A DNA stretch of 63,530 nt, the filler included, from Sphacelaria rigidula (taxonomy: Eukaryota): assembly GCA_964200075.2 (NCBI GenBank). It is 9 parts of 9 records of this genome, joined end to end, with 100 filler letters (N's around TTAATTAATTAA, not from the genome) between each part and the next. Parts side by side here need not be neighbours in the genome. Positions count along the whole stretch, not along the records: positions 7,072 to 14,042 come from CAXNAA020017140.1; positions 14,143 to 21,113 come from CAXNAA020017141.1; positions 21,214 to 28,183 come from CAXNAA020017142.1; 6 more parts are not named here. One strand, written 5' to 3'. The notes under the pieces were generated by a model. The model ran no database searches. It was not told where the DNA came from and was given only the letters and a program-made list of their open reading frames with translations. A program made the translations under genes and the position numbers. Below are positions 11,958 to 22,166 of the stretch, one piece after another. How positions within the stretch are numbered: position 1 is the first letter of the stretch; the number at the start of each line of letters is the position of its first letter.

Positions 11958-12019
11958 TGCTGTTCGAAATAAATCCTTTATACCCGACGTCGGGAATATA
12001 GGATTTATTTCGAACAGCA
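11958..12019. repeat. Near-perfect 62-bp palindrome
   Basis: tgctgttcgaaataaatcct...cccgacgtcggg...aggatttatttcgaacagca. The arm motif recurs at ~12072. Confidence 0.9.
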
Positions 12020-13006
12020 AAGGCTGTACAAATCCCACATACACTGGTAGGTGGAGTTTGTAAAAGCAAAAGCTGTTCGAAACAAATGTTCCTTTTGCCC
12101 ATCAATTCATCCTGTAATTGGGCAAAGGAAAGACTTATCTACGAGCAGCCTCTGCTGTTCAAGTCCCACATACGAGTGTATGTTCACACGGCCGCGCTAC
12201 ACAGCTTTAGCCGGTGGGTGTGTGGTGAACTGAGGGGAAATGCCTCGCTATTGTAGGGATACAGGTTCTCAAAACCCCGTAGCCCATGGTCGACGAATAG
12301 AGCAAAAACCGCAAAACATTTTTTCATGCATGTACTTTGATATGGCGATCACAACAAGAAAAAGCACGCGGTTTGGTGCTGTATATACTGGACTGTGCAA
12401 TACCGCCGTACAGGACAGTACTTGCATCGTGCTTACACACGTACGGTGCAAGATACTGCAGAGCTATAGCGTGGCATATGGGCTACGTATGGCTGTACAG
12501 AGTGGATGCCTGTAACTTGGCGTACACGGGGGTGTTATATACCGTCAGCTACCGCAGTATAGACCCCCACGCGTGTTCTTGCAGTATGCGCACAACTGCC
12601 GTCAGTATGACGTGAAAGGGAAGCGGCCAAAGTACAGTAGAGACAGCGCAGGGCTATATATGTTTTCTGTTCACAGTGAGACGTGCAAATGACTTGAACA
12701 GCGTGCGCAGCTTCGTCTACGGCTGCACTGTCCATGATTACTCGAGTGTGTAGGCAGTAAGCCGACGCTCATTCCCCGCACCCGACGTACCCCGCGTGCT
12801 TCCGCCGCCGCGCCTGTGCCCAACCCGTGCTCTTTTCTGCAGGGTTGTGGTGGTAGCTGGAAATAAGTATTGTGCGGGGTTTGTATGGTTCGATCTGTGA
12901 ACGCGACGGGTGATAAAGTACGATAAGATTGCTGGGGTATGCATTTCACAGCAGCAGCGATATGGTCATGTATATATTGGACTGATTCGGGAAACTCGAG
13001 GAGTAC

Positions 13007-13300
13007 TCACTGGAGCATCAGATGCCCTCCAGGGGATTCGTTGATGTTCATTTCAGAGGGATGAAACACCCCTACAGGGTATTCAGATATCAGAAGTCAC
13101 TGGAGCATCAGATGCCCTCTAGAGGATTCGTTTGTGCCCATTCCTGAGTGACGAATCACCTCTAGCGGGTATTCAGACCTCAGAAGTCACCGGAGCATCA
13201 GATGCCATGCAGGGGATTCGTTTATGTCCACTCCAGAGGAATGAAACACCTCTAGAGAATATTTTACCCTCCAGAGGATCATTTACCCTCCAGAGGATAA
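13007..13300. repeat. Tandem array of three 90-bp units with internal dyad symmetry, followed by short ccctccagagg repeats
   Basis: Units start tcac(t/c)ggagcatcagatgcc at 13007, 13097 and 13187. The core ccctctagagg also occurs at ~11818-11860. Confidence 0.9.
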
Positions 13301-13517
13301 AAGCCCGATAGAGGGTTTCCAGACAGGAGCCGAATGGCCGCGTGTGGAGCCTTCATTTTGCATCACTATCGGGAAGACAAGGGTCGAAAAGCGATTCGAA
13401 CTCCAGTCGAGTGATCAGGAGTTCACGTCAGGCCTGTGACCCACTCAAGTGTTTATTTGCGAGGATAACTGATTGTTTGCGAGGATACATGGTTTTTCCG
13501 CTTTTACTCACTACTCC

Positions 13518-13745
13518 AGCCACCGTGCCCCGGTGGTGTAATATTGGTCGGGCTGTCACTGGAATAGCGGTAAAGAGAACAAGGGTTCCAATCCCGACGC
13601 GTTGGGGTTTTCTTCGTAATATCTGATTTGCACCGTCGAATGCGTGAGTACGGGAGTAAACATTGCAGTTCAATGAGGTTGTTCGACAAGAGATGACGCG
13701 ATGCGGAAGTGCTGATGATCCGCATGACGCAATCCGCGAGACAAA
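13518..13745 (+). mobile_element. tRNA-derived SINE, diverged copy
   Basis: A-box-like tggtgtaatattggt and B-box-like gggttccaatccc. The body is collinear with 59392-59600. Confidence 0.75.
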
Positions 13746-15573
13746 CAATCTGAAAATACCATAGTTATGAAAGTAGCCGGTGAGGGGTGGTGGGGGAGCG
13801 GAAACAGGAATGCGCTAGTTATTATGTTATGTCTTCATCGATCAGATCGTGCCGCGTCATTACTATTAATAGAATCAGCATTACTCTTCAGTATTATTAT
13901 CAACAGCACACTATTATTCATGAGAATTATGATCATTCGTTCTACTATCATAATTGGCATTATTGAGATTAGAGGGAAATGTACCAATTAAGATACGCTT
14001 AAGGCACCTGGCGAGAAAAACTCTATATCTTGGGACCCATGGNNNNNNNNNNNNNNNNNNNNNNNNNNNNNNNNNNNNNNNNNNNNTTAATTAATTAANN
14101 NNNNNNNNNNNNNNNNNNNNNNNNNNNNNNNNNNNNNNNNNNTGGGGGGGGCGGTCAGAAAAACAGTAAAATATGTGGACGGGGGAAGGTGAGGATACAC
14201 AAAGAAGCAAAGTTCAAGTGCATTTGCGGACAGGCAATCGAGCATTGAAGAGCACATTGTACGAGCGGTGATGACAGGAAGACCGCAACACAGATTTTAC
14301 GCGAGGACATTCCCCGTCCTCTCCCTCCCGGTGACAACGGGGCTTTCAACTCGACGTTCTCAGAAGGCAAACAACGCCCTTGCATCACTTTCAACACCTT
14401 CTGCATGTACAGGTCTCGACAACATATTTCTAACGGCGAAAGTTTCAAGGATCAATCGCGAAGTCATGTTCCACGAGCACCTCCCCAGCGAAACTCATTC
14501 CTGATTCCAGAAACATCTTTCCAAGGGCGGAAGCTTCTCCGTCACCAGGGAAGTCATCTTCCGGATGCATCTTTACAACAGAGAAATCCTGGTTGGAAAC
14601 TTTGTCTTCAAGACGAATTGAGGCTTCACAATTACGTTGAATGGGGTGTTACCCCCGATGTTCTACTCGGCGATCGGAGAGGGAAATGCAGAGAACATAT
14701 GTACTGTAGAGAAGCACTACCGGAAAGGCGTGACTCGAGGACTGCAAATATGCGGTCTATTTGTGGGACGCTGATGGCCGTATGTTCCTGACCGCCCTAG
14801 ACAGATCATTCTGTTTCAGCGCGCACGGCGATCAGTCGACACGTCATCCGCGCTGCCCACAGTATTATGCTTCAGTGCGCGTGACAAAACGAATTTGCGA
14901 TCTGTGCTTGACGGACCATTCTGCTCAGCGCACACTAAAATCAATACATTCGATCTATATCAACGGCGATCTGCGTAAATGGTAGACCGAGCGAATCATC
15001 CTTGAGAAAAAAAGCGGGGCGCTGACGGACATGATAGCAGTGAGGGAGAGAGGAAACTATTCTCAGACGGTGGCGCCTTTATAGCGGCCCATCCAGAGGA
15101 ATACGAAGACATTCGGCGTCAATTTCTTGCGCCATGTTCGAGATCCCGGGGAACGCTTTGATTGTTGCATTTTCTCCTCGTGCGAACACTCCAAGGTCCG
15201 CCCGTGGACCAACTCTTGTCGGCCTTTTGCGCTCAGTTCGACAAATGTTCGCGGGTCCAAGGGTGTTTTCGTAAAGCTCCACAAACCGGTTAAACAACAA
15301 AAAAAAGGACAAAGATTGTGAAAGCTCACTACACGAGGTGAACGCAACATCTTGGGAGATGACACCGCTTTCTTGTTGCTCGGCCGCACTAACTGGGTGC
15401 TTCACCGGTTCAACTTGCTCCCCTGTCGCGACCGAAGGTGCCGAAAACATACGGAGGAGCGAACCCATCACCAATCCCTAGAAATGTCATTGGACGACGA
15501 ATAAAGCTTCAACCGACCGAGGGGTGCTCTATCTTTCAACCTAGGCACCACATCCAAACTTTTTCTAGGGGTT

Positions 15574-15576
<3 letters not shown>

Positions 15577-15626
<50 letters not shown>

Positions 15627-15714
15627 GGGGGGGGGGGGGGGGGCGTATTTTTTTTTTGTTTTCCTTTGTCGTTTGTTTGCACCCCCCTCCCTTNNNNNNN
15701 NNNGGGTGGGTGGT

Positions 15715-15762
<48 letters not shown>

Positions 15763-15781
15763 CGGGGGGGGTGGGGGGGGG
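15577..15781. repeat. (GT)n-(GA)n microsatellite and poly-G tracts around a small N gap
   Basis: Seen directly. Confidence 0.95.
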
Positions 15782-16203
15782 ACGTACTCATTTGTTGCTT
15801 GCCTTAGTCGTCTGATTGACCACGCATCCCTTTCGAGAGGGGAGGACTGAACAACAAACTAGTGAGCTGTAAGATGCGGCCAAACTTCCGAAAAACGAAG
15901 CTGGTTCACGTCTTGAAAGCATGTTCCTGTAGTCGGAGCAAGTTTTTACATTCTTCTCGGGATTTTTGTACGAATTGAGCGCGAGTCAAAAAGTCGAACC
16001 GACGTGATGGCCGAAAACCCCAGTGAGGCAGGGGAGGGGTGAATTTTGGTGCGTCCTGGAGACCACGCCGGACCACGTCGGGGAGTTGTATGAAAAGATC
16101 AGCTCATCTCACCAGTTTCTCGTGTGCGTTGGAACGCTCCTACAGCTAATGAGCGGCTTGCACAGGCCTTGATTTTGCTTCAGAAGTGGTCTTTGAACTA
16201 TAT

Positions 16204-16420
16204 GACGGAGCACGCCGGGTTTTCGCCGGACCAGGCTCGCATTGATTCACCAAGCGCGAGGCGCCATGATGTGTTCGGCGAGTCGCGCGAGCTGCATCCT
16301 CCTAAGATTGTTCGGCCCGAAGCGTACTGATTATTTTGCATACGGATGACAGACCAGAATGAGCTGCTTCATTTTTTGGTATCCCCGCTTCCTGAGACAG
16401 CCACGGGTTACACTGTCGCA
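16204..16420 (+). repeat. R1 repeat copy, truncated
   Basis: gacggagcacgccgggttttcgccggaccaggctcgca...gagacagccacgggttacactg. Confidence 0.9.
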
Positions 16421-16479
16421 TCGCTGTCTCACCCACCCCTCGAACCGACAGCGACAAAATCGATTTGTTCGCGTTTCTT

Positions 16480-16950
16480 CTTCACCCCAGGTTCCGGAGG
16501 GAGAAGCGCACGTGCTGCAAGACTCTAGCATACATACATTTGTGTTCTAGATAACCAACTGTGAGCGTGTCGAAGCGACCATCCGCAAGCATCAGCTCTG
16601 GGCCGTGGGGGGCCTTGTCCGGCAGGACTCGACACGTCTTCCAAAGCGTATCACGCTCGGACGGTCAGCCGTACAAGGGCTCACGGAGGCTGGCTGCCCC
16701 CCCAAACACGAGGCTGCCTCCAGGAGACCCTTCGTGCACTCGGGGCTCTTCCACAGGAAATAGCACGACGGAAACGGTTCGTCTACGCTGTGGAGGTTGA
16801 AGACCCACACGATTGGGTCACTGCGACGAAGAATATGGACAAATGGAACATAGGAATCGGGAAAGAGGCGGAGGAGTTGAAGGGGACGCGGCGATGCGGG
16901 GACAAATGAAAATCGGATTTCGTGTCAAACGAGAGGCTGTTGCGTCGGTA
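16480..16950 (+). mobile_element. Degraded C-terminal ORF region of an RTE-like LINE
   Basis: Frameshifted TNCERVEATIRKHQLW..G..RQDSTRLPKRITLG..GCLQETLRALG..DWVTATKNMDKW, the post-RT R.RW.GH..R....RLPK region. Similar to 41690-41960. Confidence 0.75.
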
Positions 16951-17114
16951 GCCGCTGATCTGAGAGCCACCACCGCTGACACAAAAACAGTAATAGCTTG
17001 CGAGGAATTAAAGGTGGACATGATCGAGGAGTAGGCCCGCTCTATACCCGACTAGGGATGAGTGGGGGCGGCGGGGTCGACAAGGAAACTGACTCACCCT
17101 TGTGTTGTGACGGT

Positions 17115-17415
17115 GAAACACCCATGAGCCAGTGCAACCCGTGGCTGTCTCTGGAAGTGGCGATATGAGAAAATGAAGCAACTCACTCGAGACTGTCATC
17201 CATATGCAAGGTAATCATTACGCTTAGGGTCGAGCAATCTTCGCCAAATGCAGCTCACCCTTGATGCGACTTGCCGAAAACATCACGGTGCTTTGCGCTT
17301 GGTGACTGAGTGCGAGCCTGGTCCGGCGAAAACCTGGCGTGCTCCGTCCCGGCTTTGTAGGGATGCGAGGTCAAAGGTAATATGACCATGGGATGCAAGA
17401 TCATGAGCACACCCC
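17115..17415 (-). repeat. R1 repeat copy, near full length
   Basis: ggtgaaacacccatgag...cgtggctgtctctggaagtggcgata...ctttgtagggatgcgaggtc...gatcatgagcacacccc. Confidence 0.9.
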
Positions 17416-17899
17416 TGTCCTCTCTTATCGGCTGCTGACTTTCTGCTCGGCTTGTGACCTTGCGGTTCGTTCCTGGTTGGGGCTCCTGCACATCTTCTTC
17501 TGTGTCCCTGTATTCCATCGCTTCCATATCATTTTTGTTTTCTGTTCTGTCTTCTCTCGGTTTTTATGCTTCTCTCCATGTCTCAGTGTTACACAATAGC
17601 AGTGCTTGCGTAGGGCTCGTGGGTGATGAGTGATGCCCAAAATAATGTGATTCCGAAACAGCCCTACTCCCACGTTCGTTTTGCTTTGCGTTTGGGAGTG
17701 AGCAGTTTTGTGCACGGCCTTCTTTACTAGAAGCCACCCTGCAGGGTTCAAGTGTTTCTGCCATTTTTTTTTTTCATTTCTTCATCGGGAAGTGCTTGTA
17801 GCAACGGTTTCGTGAGATTGAGAGTAGATCGCTGATTGAGAGTGGGTTATATCATTCCCTTTAATTTGGCCATTTTTTTCAGTCCATGTGTGCTTTTTT

Positions 17900-18355
17900 T
17901 GCCTGTATTACTGGCATGTGCCTATAGCTACACGTCGATATCCTAATCAGGGCTATCAAGGGCTTCAGTGGCAAGCTACTCCAGAAAGCATATCGGGCCT
18001 CGTGGAGCGACACTTCGGAACTGAAACGATTCATTCACTAATTTACCGATCTTCACTCTCAATCGTATCCTCTACTCTCAATCTCACGAAAACACTGTTT
18101 TTTCATGTTCGTCTTCTTTTCTTGTCACCCTTATCTTTCCTTTCCTTTTCCTGCCTTGTTTCGCTGTCGTATCGTTTTGACTCTTGCCTCCCATTTCATC
18201 AGCTCCGTTTTTTCCACGCTGTTTTTTTCTTCAGCGACTGTTTCCGCTTTGCTCACATTGCACAGGTCAATCTTGTGGCCGATGACCAATCACGGCTGGA
18301 TCTCTCACGGGTCAATTAATGTGTGACAATCAATCAACGATACATCAATTAATCT
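17900..18355 (+). repeat. Pyrimidine-rich repeat ending in an (AATC)n-like tail; probable retroposon 3' end (related copy 19945-20310)
   Basis: Both copies share ttcagcga.tg.ttccgctttg...cacggctggatc...atgtg.gaca...aatcaatc. The left boundary is approximate. Confidence 0.55.
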
Positions 18356-18410
18356 ATCCTACCAATGCTGCTACGCACTGTGAATAAATCCCTTAAGTGG
18401 CCAATCTTAC

Positions 18411-18492
18411 CCGGCGTTCGCAAATCGCCAACCAGTGTATCGGCCACGCTGGACAGACCCAGCTTCTCCATAATGTCGGACACGACCGTCTC
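18411..18492 (-). CDS. Internal exon of an ABCG (White-family) transporter, just upstream of the ABC signature
   Basis: gagcag|ETVVSDIMEKLGLSSVADTLVGDLRTP-G|gtaaga matches V..I...LGL..VADT.VGD...RG(ISGGE). Splice sites are canonical. Neighbouring exons were not found in this contig. Confidence 0.85.
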
Positions 18493-21213
18493 CTGCTCAT
18501 GGACAGAAACGAAGGACAACAGGCTAAAGATCGCGGCAACAGTACTAAAATCAAGATTCACGAGGGCTCAAGCGCACAACAACACGAGAGTCAACGGCAG
18601 CTATGCTGCCAATTCCAACAGGCCACAAAGCTGGCCATAAACGCGACATGGTCGTACAAATACTTTTTTCGCGAGATTGAGGCGCGCTGAACACACCAAC
18701 CATTACAAAGCACCTACATAGTTGCGTCACCCGACAGATGAAAAGGGCGAGTGTTACGGTCTCTCCTTATGGGAATCGGATTCTGTTTGCTTCGCTGTAG
18801 GGGCAGGGGGGAAATTACCCGATCCTAGGATACGGAAAGGCGATGGTGGCGGTTTATGCCCGACTATTACTCATCATTAATTCCGCGCTTTAGCCTGAAC
18901 TCTCGAACCTGTGGTCACAGGCGTAGGCTCGCCTTCCCAATAGCGTCACTACTTTCCCTTCCATGGGGAAGAAGCGCATATAAAGCTACATATTTTTGTC
19001 TAAATAGACCATGTGAGCAGCGGCTGTAAAAATATTGGTGACGGAGTGTCGCCTACAGGTACTGTTACTACCAAGTCAAACGCTTGCAGCTTACGTCCGC
19101 GTCCCACCGGAAAGCACCATACGTACAGGGGTGTTAACTTTCACTTCCTAGCAGTGAACTGCGATGACATGCCGCACATTCGTGCGACATCGCGCAGCTA
19201 AGTAGTACGTATGCGCATGCTCCCACTCACCCTTTCCGCTTGATGCACGCTTCTGCAGGGTGATCGCAACCCACGCCAGACGAGAACGTACCCGAGCGGA
19301 GCATGGTCGGGGGGGGAACGGGTAGGCGGGGCTATTAGAGGGGGCATCTTAACGCCTATCCTCGCTACTAACGAGCGCTCAGGGGACTACAACATTCGTT
19401 GAACTGTTGGGGGTGTGAAAAATCAATGCTACCCATCATAATGAAATCAGTGGAGATCAGGCTAACACCACCCGCCCGGAACTTGCACGCCACAGTCATG
19501 GGTATACCCCCGTCTCTGTGGGCGATGACCTTCAGACACTAAAGGGTAGGGGACATGACACGAAGGCGAAGGCGAAGGCGAAGTAGTAGCCCTAGGCCTT
19601 ACAATTTCTCAACACTTTGCCAGCATACATACAGCTCTTCGTTTTCGGGTAACGGACTGCATGCCTTTGAAGGGAGGGGGGGGGGAAGAGGGGTTGACTC
19701 GGATGCACGACTTTAGACCAAATTAACGGCTAAAAATAACGGCATTCCATGAGCTACGGAAATGGTTGTACCGTCAATGTTTTTATTTTTACCGAAGGAA
19801 ACATTCGCGCGATAGGAGCAATTTGCCGATGTGTCAAGTGAGATTTCTTGCCCAAGAAGTGCGGGCCTCAGATAGCTGAGTCGCCACCTACTTCCGCGGC
19901 GTCGCCTTGTGCACGATCTCCTTACTTGAAGCCGTGGCCAGGGTATGTCGAAGGTTTCCTCGCGACCGGTACTAGGGTTCCATAGGTTAGCGCCTCGCGT
20001 CTTCTTGTTTCGCTTTTGTGTCCAAGACTTTGTTTTATTATTATTGAGGATGAATGCATATGGTTTTGCGCAAGACCTTTTACCCTATGTAGCCATCTTG
20101 CAGAGGGCGGTCATTTCTAGTTTCTTGTCTTCTGTCTTATTTTTCTCTTCGATCTACACTGTTCGTCTGTTCGACAGTTCCGATATCTTCACGTTCCTTC
20201 AGCGAGTGCTTCCGCTTTGTTCCATCCCGATCAGGTATTTCACGTGACCACGGCTGGATCATGACTGCTGGGAAGGACGTTTATGTGCGACAGTCTACTA
20301 ATCAATCGATTCTCCCTCGTCCCTTTTTTCCTCCTCCACTCTTTCAGTTTTTTTCTGCTCGCTTCCTCCTCCTTTTCTCACTTTCCCCTTTCTCTCTCGA
20401 GTTTCCTTCAGAGAGTGTTACCGTTCCTCTGCCTCGGGTATGTCTGTATCTTGTAGCCACAGCTAGATTTGTTACGAGCGTATCACTTGATCTATGACAA
20501 TCAACCAACCGTCAGACAAATCATTGTCCATCTAAAGCAACAAGTACAGAAAGACTCGCGGATCAGTTCGTCCAGAAACACAAAATATGTGACCGCGGGA
20601 TCAGAAAATCCAGGACGCAACCTTTACGCTACTCGGTGTGCTCGGCTTCCGGCGCTGTAGGAGACAGACATGGAAAAGGGGGGTCGAATGATCCGGATCA
20701 TGAGCCGGGTCAGTACAATGAGAGGAAGCAATTTTCAGATTGATCATCATCTGCCCGACATGTGCAATCAACCAGCTAATGATCAAACTCAAAAGCTACC
20801 TACTCCGCTGCCCAGGCGTAACGGTTTGAAACGCCGTACAGTCGAGGTCGTACGATTGCAAGGGGGGCTGCGCCCGAGTTAGACCCGCAACCGACTCCCG
20901 GCTTATATCGCGCTCTTGTCTGGATGGAATGTATTCTACTTCGTATTCGGATTATTTTTCTTTCTTTTTTTCCGTCACACGTCCAATCCTCCCACGGTTA
21001 GGACGAATCATCACGACTAAAAATCACCAAATCCACGTTTTCTTCGGCCTGACTGCCCAAAAGGGAGAAAAAGGTTGACCGCTGGCCCAAGGGGTATCCA
21101 CGCAACTTTTGCGNNNNNNNNNNNNNNNNNNNNNNNNNNNNNNNNNNNNNNNNNNNNTTAATTAATTAANNNNNNNNNNNNNNNNNNNNNNNNNNNNNNN
21201 NNNNNNNNNNNNN

Positions 21214-21817
21214 GGGTCAGTCCATTCAACATTTCCCGAGTTATGATTTCAGCGGGTCCTGGTTTGAAATCTGCATCATCGCGGAACGCACGCTCAGCGC
21301 TAGTATTCTCCGCAAAAACATCCTCCAGGGCACCCCACTGCCCTTCTACTCTTCCCATTGCAGTTTACTCGTTGCGGGTCGCCAACGCTTTCCGCACACC
21401 AGCAGCAGCAACTGAAGGATCAATCTCTTCATCCTCCCAACATTTCGCGTGTCGGCCTAGTGCCTCCTTGAGATCATCTTCGTCAAGCACGGATTCGTAA
21501 AACATCGTGCGTGACAAACACGCACGGATGTGCTTCGGCACCAGTTCAGTAACAGTCAGTAAGACGGCCTGCATACTACGTCCTTTGTTGTTCATTTTGA
21601 CCGCCTCTTCATACTCGACGTATTTATGATAAGAACGTCGGGACGTATTTTCGCTAAAATGCCGTCCGTACTCTGGGGCTTTCAGCGATCCTGCAGACAT
21701 AAGCTCAGTAAACTTAAACTTCACCTCTTCGCCTGCATCGCCATCACCGACTTTCTTGCGCGTTGCCATAGCTGCACGCAACAGTTCCAGCCAACCTAGC
21801 CGTCTTTCCTTTGTCAC
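21214..21817 (-). mobile_element. Gag-like ORF of a probable Ty3/gypsy LTR element (in-frame stop at ~21365; cut by the contig edge)
   Basis: Intronless ~200-codon helical ORF (APEYGRHF..YHKYVEYEEAV..ELVPKHIR..) starting just downstream of an LTR-like segment. Superfamily assignment is by resemblance only. Confidence 0.5.
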
Positions 21818-21860
21818 CGAGCTCCCTCACTTTACAGAGTGCACACTCCTGTGTACAAAG

Positions 21861-22166
21861 TGTGATATAATTTCTCCGCAGCTGCCCACAGCTGAAAAAC
21901 CTCTTCCAGAAACCAGCGGGCTCCTCTTAATAAACGTTTATTATAGAGCCCTCCTGGACTCAGAACGAGGTCACAAGATTGCTCCAAAGGCTTCCTCCCT
22001 CACTAGGGCCTGGAGACTTCAAGACAGTTGTTATTCATAAGCACTTAGCCTTCGTTATCGGAAGTAACCACATGCGTGGAGCATGTGATGTTCAAATCCA
22101 CATAGTCTGCCGATCAGACCCGCAAGTCCGTTAACCAATAGAAAACGCCTTCAGCAGATTGTTACA
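21861..22166 (-). mobile_element. Putative 306-bp LTR of the gag-bearing element
   Basis: Ends TGTGATATAAT...ATTGTTACA (TG..CA, imperfect inverted repeat), with AATAAA at ~21930-21945. Confidence 0.5.

Noticed and set aside
13007..13270. CRISPR array
   Set aside because: The sequences between the conserved heads are homologous to each other rather than unique spacers. The context is eukaryotic and has no cas genes.
15438..15850. Gly-rich / Pro-rich proteins
   Set aside because: These are translations of microsatellite and poly-G tracts across an N gap.
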